Positions 1 through 10,880 of a stretch of DNA of 64,000 nucleotides are shown piece after piece (within the stretch, counting starts at the first letter, position 1; every line of letters starts with the position of its first letter). Made by a program: the position numbers and the translations under genes. Source of the DNA: Entomortierella parvispora E1425 (Eukaryota; Fungi; Mortierellomycota); the NCBI GenBank assembly GCA_020891255.1, contig BQFW01000012.1, forward strand, positions 1,860,001 through 1,924,000, given 5' to 3'. Under the pieces are notes generated by a model, which worked only from the letters and a program-made list of their open reading frames with translations, did not search any database and was not told the origin of the DNA.

Positions 1-1733
1 TTGGCTCAGCTCAAGGAGGAAGATCAATCGCTCGCAGAGGATGCACTCAAGTTTACAATCTTTTTGGCGGATGTGGACCGCCTCTTTGATGTGGCCTTGG
101 GCATGTACGACTTCGCGTTGGTGCTCATGGTTGCCCAATGGTCTCAGAAGGATCCCCGTGAGTACCTGCCGTTCTTGAACGAACTCCGAACTCTTGAGAA
201 GTACTATCAGCGGTTCAGGATCGATGATCACTTGAAAAAGTACGAGAGCGCGCTCAAGAACCTGAGTTTGGCGGGTGAGAAGTACTTTGAGAACTGTGTG
301 TCCTATATTCGTCAACACAACTTGTTCCGACCTGCGTTGAAGATCTTTGGTTCCAATTCTGTCAAGCACAAGGCGATTTTGCAGATCTATGGTGACAGTC
401 TGTCGATGAATGGCGATCATGAACAAGCTGGAGTTGCGTATGCCATGGCTGGAGAGAAGGAGAAGGCTCTCGAGTCATACAAGGAGGCTGGACTCTGGCG
501 TGAGGCCGTTGTGTTGGCACAGCAGCTTCGATACGAGCCCTCGGCGATGTCATACTTGGCCCAAGGATTGGCCGATCGACTTAAGGTTGACAAGCGGTAT
601 CAAGAAGCCGGTACTGTCCTGGCCGAGTATGCCCGGGATTCGGAAGAAGCCATCACTGCCCTCTTGGAAGGTCGCCTGTGGACCGAGGCTATTCGGACGG
701 CTTACTTTTATAACCGCCTGGATTTGATGGATACTCATGTGGCGCCTGGTATTGCAGATGGTCATCATGACCTGATGGAGTCGATCCGGGAAATGCAGGA
801 GCAATTCGATAAGCAGACAAAGCGTTTGAAGGAAGTCCGAGATCTGAAGATCGAGAAGGCTTTGGCAGAGGCGGCCGAGGATATGATGGCGCCAGACGAG
901 GCACTGGATAACGTGGACATGATGTCGGATACCACTTCAATGGCGTCTGGGTTCAGTCGATACACCGCAGCGAACACTGTCGTCTCCAAGGCCTCCAACT
1001 CTTCGCGCTCGTCTTCACAGTACGTGCTTATCATCATTGGACTCTTGTGAGGGGGAATCTTGTCCAGGCACTCTTGAAAACTGACAATCTTGCTTTCCGT
1101 CACCACCCCCCATTTTTTTTCTTTTAATTCCTCTAGATATACCGCTAGACTCAAGAAGAGAGCCGACAAGAAGCGTCAGAGAGGAAAGAAGGGCAGTGTG
1201 TTTGAAGAAGAGTACCTGATCAACTCCCTTAGGAAGCTGATTCTCCGCGTTGACACCACTAAACGTAAGCAATTGAAGTGAAGATGGGGGTTACAAGAGT
1301 GGGACCATAGGAGAGGCGTATCACTAACGGTCTTTTTTTTTTTTTTTTTTTTTTTTTTTGGTATTGTCCTTTAGCCGATGTCCACGCGCTGTTGAAGTGC
1401 TTGGCCGAGTCCATGTCATTGGAGCGTGCCCGTGTGTTGCAACAAGAGTTTTCAAAGTTACTCCAGGATATCGAAGCCCAGGGGCCCATCATTTTTGTCC
1501 CTGCACCAGAGGAATACCTGGCCAAGAAGAAGGCAGCTGAGGATGCCAAGACGGAGCGCAAGAAGCTGATCAAGCAGAACCAAGCCCAGGCCCACTTGAT
1601 GTCGCGCCACGAGGAGGCCGTGGCACAAGCCCAGATTGCTCAGTTGGAGGAGATTGCAGAGCAGGACATTGCCGATATCTATGGCGAGATCCCTGTCATG
1701 TCCAAGGAGACTTGGGACGTGGATCTTGTCTAG
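1..1733 (+). CDS. ELP1: Elongator complex subunit 1 (IKI3/ELP1), C-terminal part; 5' end lies outside the window. Exons about 1-1019, 1137-1264, 1375-1733
   Basis: TPR-like helical region followed by the Elp1 basic motif KKRADKKRQRGKKGSVFEEEYLINSL; GT-AG introns at 1020-1136 and 1265-1374 join the three frames (SSQ|YTARLKK and TK|PDVHALLKCL). Confidence 0.93.
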
Positions 1734-2490
1734 CCAGTGTGCCACTTTTGACCCATTTTTCTCCCCCAAAAGGAACGAAAGGAACAGAAACATCATAGGG
1801 AATAAAAAAAAGTTTTTTTGCATTTTCAACAACACAGTACCCTTCAATCAGAGAAAGAGGGAGGCGCACACACACACACAAAGAGGGAAAGGTCTAAGGG
1901 GTGCTGGAGTAACTCTCAAGACCCTGCTCATCTCCTCTTTTCAATCTTCGAAAGGAGCAGAGACTCCGTCTGAGAGAGAGAGCAAAAATGAAATTGGCAG
2001 GTTACTAAGAGGCCAGTGCTGGCTCTCAATTGGAGGTCCCAGCGGTGTTTGTGTCATACAAAGGACGAGCCCTCCTGCCAGTCAGTGACGGGGTTTGGTC
2101 GGCCAGAGTAGAAAAGAAAGACCGCCCCGTGACTGCGATTGGTTTCCTTAATGAACCTTCCCTTCAAAGGAAAGATGATGATACACACTTTCTCGCTTTT
2201 TTCTGATCAACAGTCGTCCTGTCAAAGGGATGTGCTTAGGATTGCAGCGTGCGAGGCGAACCTTGTTATACACATCGCGCGCCATTGTGGTATTCTGATC
2301 CCCCTCCTTTTTTTTATTTATCTCTCTCTCTTCTCTCTTCGGAGTGTCTGTGCTGAAAAAAAAACCCCCCCGTTGGCTGCTGAGATTTGAGACCCTGTCT
2401 ATTTGAGCGGATTTTAATGTTGTTTGCAAAAAGAGCCAGTTGTGCTTTGTGTGAGAGGTATTGGGCCAGCCTTGCTTTTGTTGGAGCATT

Positions 2491-2616
2491 CTATTGCGAG
2501 ATGATGATCGGTGGTCGATTGACCTTGTTCCTCTGGACTCTCAAGAACAACCAGTCCACTGCATCCTTGACACCGCTCCTATTGTTCACAAAAAGTGTGT
2601 AATTAGCTCACCTTCT

Positions 2617-2647
<31 letters not shown>

Positions 2648-3379
2648 GTGTTTCCATTGTTTCTTACCCCTCTAGTGCAGATATTGGCAAGACTCTGGAA
2701 TCGCGGGCGCCGAGTCGTTCTGCAATCTGATTAAAGATCTCCTTGATCTCCTCCAACTTCAAGGCCGTGGGCACGTCCTGCTTGTTGGCCAGCATCAGCA
2801 CGGGGACGCCCTCGACCGTGTCGTCCAGGATCACCTTCTCCAACGCGTTTTTACATTCCTCAATACGTTCTGGATCTGATGAGTCGACTACGAACACGAT
2901 CGCGTGGCACTCCCGATAGTAACGTTCCCAGATCGACTGTAAATCCGTTTGACCGCCCAGATCCTGAAAGTTTATCCTTGCACCTCCAATATCGATCCTG
3001 CCAACTAATGGGAGTAACCAATTGATATGTTAAATAAAAAACAAAAATAAAACACTCTGCACCGACAAAACAAATGATGAAATACTTACTGTTGAGACCC
3101 ACAGTTGGGGCAATTCTCTCTGGTGGGAGACCAGGAACGCCGAGAAAGATTGATTTAATCCTTTCCAAGAGCGTCTATGCACAAGAAGAAGTAAAAAAAA
3201 TTATCGGCTGGGTGCTTCCAGATATTTTTGTTGCCTGCTTTGCTCAATCGAGAGTGCAGCACAGAACAATGCCATTGGAGACTTACTGTCTTTCCTGCAT
3301 TGTCGAGTCCAATGATGACAATGTAATACGCCTCCCGTCTCGTCAGATGTTTATAGAGTCCACTGAGGAATGAATACAT
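2491..3379 (-). CDS. ARFRP1: ARF-related protein 1 (ARFRP1 / yeast Arl3) small GTPase, 4 exons
   Basis: N-terminus MYSFLSGLYKHL (Met-Tyr, no myristoylation Gly), P-loop GLDNAGKT, DLGGQ, ANKQD, SALEG, and C-terminus GVKDAVDWLF..RNKVNRPP; canonical splice sites join the exons. Confidence 0.92.
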
Positions 3380-3638
3380 TGCTGGTATATTTTTTCGAGG
3401 TTGTCAAGGGGGATGGAGGATGAAATGCGTGTGTAGAATGGCGTCAATGCCGCAAAACAAGTGTTGGGCTGTCCTGTTTCTATATCCCGTAGAGTAAAGA
3501 GGGCTGGCCAGGAAGAGTCCTTGATGTTCCTGGAGTGTTGCTGGCGACAGATGGTTGGCCGTTGAGAGATGGTGCACAAGAAAGCGATGCTCTCTCCGCA
3601 AACAGCACAAAGGAGGAGGTCTCGCCACGTGACCCTTT

Positions 3639-4817
3639 TCACTCGCGGTCTGGCGTTGGCAGCCTTGGTGGGCGAAAAGTGTCCTCAAAGTCCTCTTCCT
3701 CGATGGCCTCGTCCTTCACTTCAGCTTCATGGTCACTGCCATCGGAATCATCGCTGCTGCTGCTACTTTCAACATCATCCAGATCCGTATCCCAGCCCTC
3801 TTCCCATTCTTCTCCCTCGACTTTTACGCCTCGGCTCTTCCAGTAATCGTGCCCGTATGTGCACAGAATCTCTTCGCCTTTTCGAATCCGCTTCAAGACT
3901 TTGCACCCCATACGAACTTGTCCCGTGTCTGCATCTCGGTAGAGATCCCAGCCAACATTTGGCCCTTGTTCCTGGGTCCTGATTCCGCGGAAATCATTCA
4001 CAAATCGACCGTGATTTCCGTGAACAGAAGCGTCCAGATTGAGGTCGTTGCAGAGATATAGCGTATGATCCGAATCTGGGTCCGCAAACTCGTCTGGGAC
4101 AACGAGCGAGATGTAATCCAAGAGATGCAGACCGGGTCGAAGCGTCTTTAACGCAAAGAGCCCATAGGATCCACAAACTGGATGGTCCGGGGTATCAATA
4201 TAACGAATCTCGTACAACTCTTCGTCTGCTGACCTCTCCCCTTTTGCTGTCACGGTAGTCGAGTTGGCTGTGAACTCAAGTCCTGGAATGGCATGACCCA
4301 TGGGTATTTCGTCGTAATCCTGCTCCTCTTGAGTACGACCGTCGGTCACTCTCAGCGCGCTTTCGCCTTTCTCTTCGTTGTCGTCAGCTTCTTTCTCGAG
4401 GAATCCAATATCAGCGACGTCCCTTCTCATCCCCTGCTCTGCTTTCTTTGGATGACATTCCGTATGTTTTCTTCTTCTACCCAGGACGAGATCCAAGGTT
4501 GATTCAGAGATGGAGGGATGATATTCGTAATCCACGAGATACTTGACATGGGCCGGCCAGTCAGGAGGCAAAAACTTTGGCGAGGAGACGATGGTGGGTG
4601 TTCTTGGCTCTGAATCGGCGACTGTTGCCTGCAATTGCGCTTTGAGCGGGGATAGATCAGGAAAAGCCTCTTCTGACTGCGATGGAAACCCTTTCGCCCG
4701 TTGGTGGCGTTGGTGGCGTTGGTGATCGAGGTTATTGCTCCTACTACTGCTACCGTCGTTGGTGCTGCTATTGTCAGCATGGGAAGGGGGAACTCTCAAG
4801 GGGTCCCTGTGGCTCAT
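3639..4817 (-). CDS. Intronless SET-domain protein (putative lysine methyltransferase) with acidic C-terminal tail, 392 aa
   Basis: SET motifs YGLFA, DASVHGNHGRFVNDFRG and IRKGEEILCTYGHDYW in one uninterrupted ORF. Confidence 0.85.
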   Translation of the reverse strand: MSHRDPLRVPPSHADNSSTNDGSSSRSNNLDHQRHQRHQRAKGFPSQSEEAFPDLSPLKAQLQATVADSEPRTPTIVSSPKFLPPDWPAHVKYLVDYEYHPSISESTLDLVLGRRRKHTECHPKKAEQGMRRDVADIGFLEKEADDNEEKGESALRVTDGRTQEEQDYDEIPMGHAIPGLEFTANSTTVTAKGERSADEELYEIRYIDTPDHPVCGSYGLFALKTLRPGLHLLDYISLVVPDEFADPDSDHTLYLCNDLNLDASVHGNHGRFVNDFRGIRTQEQGPNVGWDLYRDADTGQVRMGCKVLKRIRKGEEILCTYGHDYWKSRGVKVEGEEWEEGWDTDLDDVESSSSSDDSDGSDHEAEVKDEAIEEEDFEDTFRPPRLPTPDRE

Positions 4818-5009
4818 GATGGCGTCTATGTGTGTTTTGGTGGATGGCGATTGAGTATGACTTGAGAGAGAACAACAATCACGTTGAAATGAACGAGATG
4901 AATGGAGTAAAGAAAAAAAAATTGTTGTATTTTTTTGCCACTAAAAAGCTTACTCAGTCACGGCAGTGGCAGTGAATCTTCTCTTTTCCTCACCACCATT
5001 GCATTTACC

Positions 5010-5505
5010 ATGGAAGACCTCAAGAACAAGGTCAGTGCTGCCCCTCAGTGCTAGAGCGAAACGGCTCTGTCGACTTCATTGACCCCTCACTGCACTGGAG
5101 CACTGAATGGACCTTTTTTTTTATTGTTGGAATGAATAGATTCATGAATTGGACATCCTGACCGAGGAACTGGCCTCCTTGAGGCCCACAGCCGTACGTC
5201 GCATCTTTCCACCTTTTTTCACTGTGGCCTTGCAAAGTCTGTTTCTGTATTGCTAGAATGCTCATGCCTTTGGCCATTCTTGCTCTTACTAGGCTGTTTA
5301 CTCAAAGCGGGTTCCTTCTTCCAAACTGTTCTTTCTCGAAGACAAGAGCCAGCTGACCACAAACAAGAAAAGTACGTGAAGGGAAAAAAAATAGTGATGA
5401 CTCCACTGACTGAACAGGATTCTAACTACAGGATTGCATTCACCAGAAGAGCTGGCAGACACAAGGGCGCAGATTGCTGCCATTCCGGGACAAGTCCCCT
5501 CATGA
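5010..5505 (+). CDS. ASDURF-like (ASNSD1 uORF / PAQosome beta-prefoldin-like subunit) microprotein, about 70 aa, 4 exons: 5010-5030, 5140-5193, 5293-5371, 5447-5505
   Basis: Hand-spliced with canonical signals (GTCAGT..ATAG, GTACGT..CTAG, GTACGT..CTAAC..CAG) into a stop-free frame: MEDLKNKIHELDILTEELASLRPTAAVYSKRVPSSKLFFLEDKSQLTTNKKKELADTRAQIAAIPGQVPS*. It aligns without gaps apart from one residue to human ASDURF as I recall it ([41 protein letters not shown]). Confidence 0.78.
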
Positions 5506-5624
5506 AAACCGATACCCTTCAAACTTCAAACTCGCATCCCAACCCTTCCAATCGGATGCCTTCATAGCGAATTTCATAGAACCAGAACAAAGACTCGTTG
5601 CAGTAGAGATCGATTCCTTTAATG

Positions 5625-8600
5625 CTATCCGTATGTGGCCATTGCTGTCGGCATCGTGTGGATATTGACAATAGGAAGGCTGTTGTACGAGAGTCGAGCA
5701 TTATCGATTTGCTCCTTGGTGATCTTTCTCAGCACAAATCCACCAACCAAGGTCGCAGGAGTGTCACCCCTGTAAGCCTCCACTTCTCGGATCCAGTCCA
5801 GAAGGATCTGACCCTCTGAGAAGCCCACCATCACAGACTGGATGTCAATGTCGTCGTCGATGATCCCCTCGCCTATCTGGTTTGACTTTGGAGGCGGTGA
5901 GACCCTCGCGTTTTGGTTTGAAGAGGAGGAGGTATCGGCTGCAAGTTGCTCCGGTCCACCGCCCATAGTAAATGTTTCTTCATCAGAATTAATAATGACG
6001 ACGCTACGGGCACCAGCCACCTGCGCGTAATAAGCCTTGAGAATGAAAAGACACCCTCCACGGTCGACCACTAGAATGTTGTCCCGGATTCTCATGGATT
6101 GAGAGCTGGTATATGGACGACATCCCGACACATTTTCCTTTACACGGACCAACTTTGCAGTGTCGATTTGGCCTTGACTAGTATTGCCCGATGGCGAAGA
6201 TGCAGATGAGGTATCCCTGCCCTCATCTCCGAGTGTGGTTTCAAAGGGATTGGTCAACTGCCTATCTTGAGTGTAATCGACAACAAAGGGCTGCCAGTAT
6301 CCAAACTCGGCTGGTTTGATTGACAGATCTCGCTCTGTAACAGTTGGAGCTGCAGACGGCGCATCGACGCGTCCAATGGCTTTGTATATCCGCAGATGAG
6401 CATCCTGTGACAACTGATACGAGTCCCAGAGCGGTCTCATCGAGGATCGGTCGACGTATACGTTACTGTTCAGACTCAGTGGGTGGTCGGCAACCTTCAC
6501 GGCTCTGTAGGCATTTTGGGTGCCGTCATACTGAAGTTGCATCTGTACACCAACGATTCGATTCACAAACACTCCTTTCTTGATTGGAATCACCACCAAC
6601 TTCTTATTCATGCTCTCTCCCTCCTGTTGCTCTCTCCTTCGCCGGTCCTCTGCGCTCTCTTTGTGGCTGGGCGGTGAAATGGTGTGACCGTGCCCTCCGT
6701 TTCCGAGATATGTCTTCTTGGGTGGCCCTGAGAACTCGACAAGCACCCTCTCCACTTCCAGTGATGGCTTATCGCAGAATCCTTTAGGGTCCAGCTCAAG
6801 CAAGTCTCGAGCGTCCGGTCGCGTTCCAACCATCTGGCGAGCAAAGTCCGCATCCGATCGATAAGGTATACTCTTTAAAAAGGTATCCGGCGCCCTGTAG
6901 ACGGGGCATTGGGGCCAGCGCTGCTTCTTTGTACTGGCGTAGAGTGACGATGGCAGGAGTTCCTTGATCTTCTGCTGACCTCCAGCACTCTTCAGCCGGA
7001 GCTGTTGCTCTGATGACATGGCCATCCATAAGTCCTCGTCAGCCGTCTTCTTATTTTGGTGTCCATTCTGCAAGTATTTTGAACCCAAAGCGAGAACATG
7101 ACCTTCGGTCGTAAAGACGAAGTTTGAGTCCTTTAGCTCCTGGTGCAAAACGTTTTCCTCGTCGAATAACAAGAAAAGGTACTTGAACGTTTCCGATAAC
7201 GCAAAGCTCTCCATTCTATCCTCCAGTTTCTTGTCAATCACACTCTTCAGTGAAGCCCAGCCACACTTGGTCCTGGTGTAGGATTGGAGGTCATGGAGGA
7301 TCATCTCTCCAACCTCGAGATAAAAAGGGTCCTTGGTGGCCTACATATCGCAAAATAGGATGAGTGTTGTTTGTTTTACGCTCTGGACACTCAAAAGTTC
7401 ACTGAGAGTCCTACTTACCCTGTAAAGAAAATAATTGGACTCTATAAACTCGGGTCGCAATGGGTAGTTGGAGATATCAACAGTTTGCGTGACAAAGTTG
7501 AAGCGCTCAGGAATCGCTTGAAACTTGCGCCAAATATTATAATAGTACAAGTGGTTTTTGATCGCGCTCTCCAAGTCACCGCCGAGAACCTACGTTGAAT
7601 GGAAGAGGTGGAAGCGCAGAGGATGAGACAAGTGCGTCTCCTGCTGTTTGGTATCTAGCTTGTAGAATAAAACGTACCTGGACACCAGGCATGAATGCAG
7701 ACAAACTATCCACCCAGGTTGCCAGCAAAGATCCATCGTGGAGATGGACATGTTTGTAAAAGTACTTCGAGTCGTGGAGTAGATGCCTCTTGATAGCATC
7801 CTGCGCCGTCTCGTACATGTCCAAGTATTCGCTATCGCCAAACAAGACATATGACTTCAAGAGATACTCGTAGAATGAATCCGTGCCTGCACCGATTCCG
7901 GTCATTAGTGACATCCACTGAAAAGCATGAAGAAAAATACCAATTAGTTAGTACTTTTTTACAACACCGGCTAAACAACACATATTGAGCTTCTATGGAG
8001 CTTGAGTATTACCTCGCCGCTTGTAATGTTGATGGTGTTTCCTACTAAACCTAGATTAGATCTTCTATTCCACAGCTCAAAAAGCGCTTTCTTGGCCGCG
8101 TTCTATATGGTGTTGACAAAGACCGATGCGGAAAGGCGTAAGTAACAAGATCAACATTATAACTTCAAAACCATAACTCTTTGCAGCTTACCTCAAATGA
8201 TGGATCGCCTGTAAGACGACTCAATACCCCAAACTCCAACAGTAAACTTCCTGCTCCAGCCACACAAGTCTCGGACGACTCTTCCCGCAAAACACCCCTC
8301 CGCAAGTTCACTCGAGGCCAAGGAATTCCTGTTGGCGTATTGTCAAAGGCCTTAATTAACCGCGCGCCAAGGTCTTTGGCCATAGTCAGCAGCTCCCCCT
8401 TATAGCCCTTGACAATAGACTTGAAACTCGGATCACTGGCATAGAGATGCCCCGAAAGCAAAGCGCCGAGAACTCGAATGTTGACTTCAAAGACTTGAAC
8501 ACGACTGTCGATATTGAAGTCAAAGACATGCCTCTTGACCAACTTGATCGCTATCTGGAAGAGCTCTGGTTCCCGCATTGCCGCCAATGTGTCGAGAGCG

Positions 8601-9454
8601 TCAATCAAAGTCAATGAGAAATCTCCAAGGACATCGTTCACATTGATGTTATTGGGATTTCTAGTATCAGGACCACGACCTGTACACGCGACTGGGTTTA
8701 ACTCGTCCTTTGGGAAAGCATAGTTCAGGTAACCCTGATATCCATGCAGGAACATGTCCTTGGCCTCCTGTCGAAGAATCTTTCTACGTGATTCAGTCAT
8801 CCGCTTCGTAACAATCATTCCTGGGGCTTTGGAGACATCGATTATTGGTGGTAGGGTTCGAAAATATTGTCTGCTGTTGACGTCTACACCTCCATGAGAT
8901 CCTCCCCGATGGGCGCTATTCCCACTTCCGCCATTGCTGGATTCTGTATTGGAGACTTGGTCTGATTTTGCGTTTACTCCGTTCGAAGGATGAGGTGATG
9001 AGAGCAGGATTTGGATGAGGGCAAACACGGCAAACATAAGCCAGGATCTCATGGATCCATTGACTCCTGTCCCGGCTCCCGCTCCTGCTGCAGCGCCAGC
9101 TCCATTAGATGATGTTGATCCAAGTAACGAAGTAGCAGGGTTGCCAGGATGATGAGTATCTAGGTCTGTGTTGCTCGCGGACTCTGGGCCGGATATAGAT
9201 GATAACGCAGACTGATGAGGATAACCAGAGGTCCCTCGAACGGCTCCAAGGCGAGGTCCATCGTCGAGGCCGGGGGAGCTATCGCCGGCAGATGAAGAGG
9301 GTATAAGGTCGTCGGTGAATTCGTCCTCGGATGAAAACGAGGATGCAATGAGACACTCGTTGAGGTCAAGGGATGAGTTGCTGTCTCCGTACTCGTCAGC
9401 GCGAGCAAAGTCCCCTGTTCGGCATCCAGACCGGGGTGGCGCCTCTGTGTCCAT
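5625..9454 (-). CDS. EDEM3: EDEM3/Mnl1(Htm1)-type ER degradation-enhancing alpha-mannosidase-like protein (GH47 + PA domain), multi-exon
   Basis: GH47 motifs VFEVNIRVLGALLS, AGAGSLLLEFGVLSRLTGD, GIGAGTDSFYEYLLK, YPLRPEFIES, DRMESFALSETFKY, FTTEGH; PA motif ILVVDRGGCLFILKAYYAQVAGARSVVIIN. Start codon ambiguous (9454 or 9052). Confidence 0.92.
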
Positions 9455-9579
9455 GGTGACTTTGGTCGGTCGGTCAGTGTGGGGTAAGCAAAGAAGACGA
9501 GGCGGGGACTGAAGGGCGAAGGGAGGCGGACAGCAAGGGAAACTCAGAGGGAAAGGAAGCCAAGAAGGGCGAAACTGCT

Positions 9580-9606
9580 CAGACTGGCAGACTGGCAGAC
9601 TGGCAG
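9580..9606. repeat. Octamer tandem repeat (CAGACTGG)x3 in the EDEM3/LSM7 divergent promoter
   Basis: cagactgg cagactgg cagactgg cag read directly. Confidence 0.85.
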
Positions 9607-9721
9607 GGTGGCTTAGCCTAATGCTGCATCCATCCTTTGCATGTCCTCGTTTGCCCTTGCGTGCTCTTGCTCTTGCTCTCCATCAACCGGCTTCACTCAA
9701 TCAATCAATCATCTTTGCAGA

Positions 9722-10653
9722 ATGTCAGACAGAGTAAGGAACACCCGCTTTCGCCCGTCGTATCGATACTGCCCTAGCTACAGGCCTAGCCGATCACTGG
9801 ACTGGGACAATTGGTCAAGGAAGAACGAAGTCATCCATCCGAAATCAACACGCGCTGAGGCATAGAGCCCGCCACAATCCGAGGAAACAGCCTCCTTCCC
9901 ACTATCCTAGGAGCAATTGAAATCGATCGACACCTTACTGACTCATGGAGAAGAAAGGATGTAGTTCTCATGGAGACCTCAGAGGAATCGGACCAAGATG
10001 TGTTGTCGCTGTAAGGACAGAATATTTAGACCTTTGTTTCTTTATTGCTCATTAGCCAAGAGGCGGATATAACGGACGTGGAGGCGGAGGACGTGGAGGC
10101 GGCAGCGGTGGTCGTGGAGGTGGTCGTGGAGGTGGACGCGGCGGAGCAAACTCTTCACACACAGAGAGACCCAAGAAGGAGTCGATTCTGGATCTTGGAA
10201 AGTACATGGACCAGAAGATCAGAGTCAAATACAGCGGAGGACGTGAAGGTAAGGCGCTCGATGGTATTGGAACCATCTCAGTTCTGCGGCTTGTTGAATA
10301 CTGACCTTTATTTTCCATGATTTTGAATAGTCATTGGCACATTGAAGGGCTACGACCCCTTGTTGAACTTGGTGTTGGACGAGACTGAGGAGTGCTTGAG
10401 AGGTAAGAAAAGAGAGAGCCCAGGAAGATATATCGCGCACCATGGCTGGAAGCTGCACTGTACTTTTTTTTGACCGTATTCAATAACATCTTTCTCTTGA
10501 ATACTAGACCCCGAGGACGGTCGCCTGTTGGATCAAACTCGCACCCTTGGTCTGATTGTCTGCAGAGGCCCTTCAGTCATTCTGATTTCACCAATGGACG
10601 GCACGCTCGAGATTGCCAACCCCTTCATTCAAGAAGAGGAGGCTGTTATTTGA
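9722..10653 (+). CDS. LSM7: U6 snRNA-associated Sm-like protein LSm7 with N-terminal RGG extension; exons about 9722-9733, 10055-10248, 10331-10402, 10508-10653
   Basis: Spliced product MSDRPRGGYNGRGGGG...ERPKKESILDLGKYMDQKIRVKYSGGREVIGTLKGYDPLLNLVLDETEECLRDPEDG...RTLGLIVCRGPSVILISP matches the Lsm7 Sm fold. Confidence 0.93.
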
Positions 10654-10880
10654 AACTGTGGCGATTTATGGTTGTCAACCAACGATAATAAACAATCCAT
10701 TCAAAAGAAGGTCCTTCTCCCGTTCTCACAACTGCATGTTTTTGACCAAAAAGAAACACTGTGAAAATATCTATGTTTTATTGATCGATCACCGGGGATA
10801 TCGTTCCGTGCAAGCAACATCCATAATGCGTTCTTGCACAATTCTGTCGTTTTTTTTCCAAATATTTCTGTCTCCTTGCT

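Noticed and set aside
2170-2300. Possible box C/D snoRNA (ATGATGA...CTGA...CTGA)
   Set aside because: Terminal stem is weak and I could not match the putative guides to any rRNA segment I remember; needs snoscan or Infernal.
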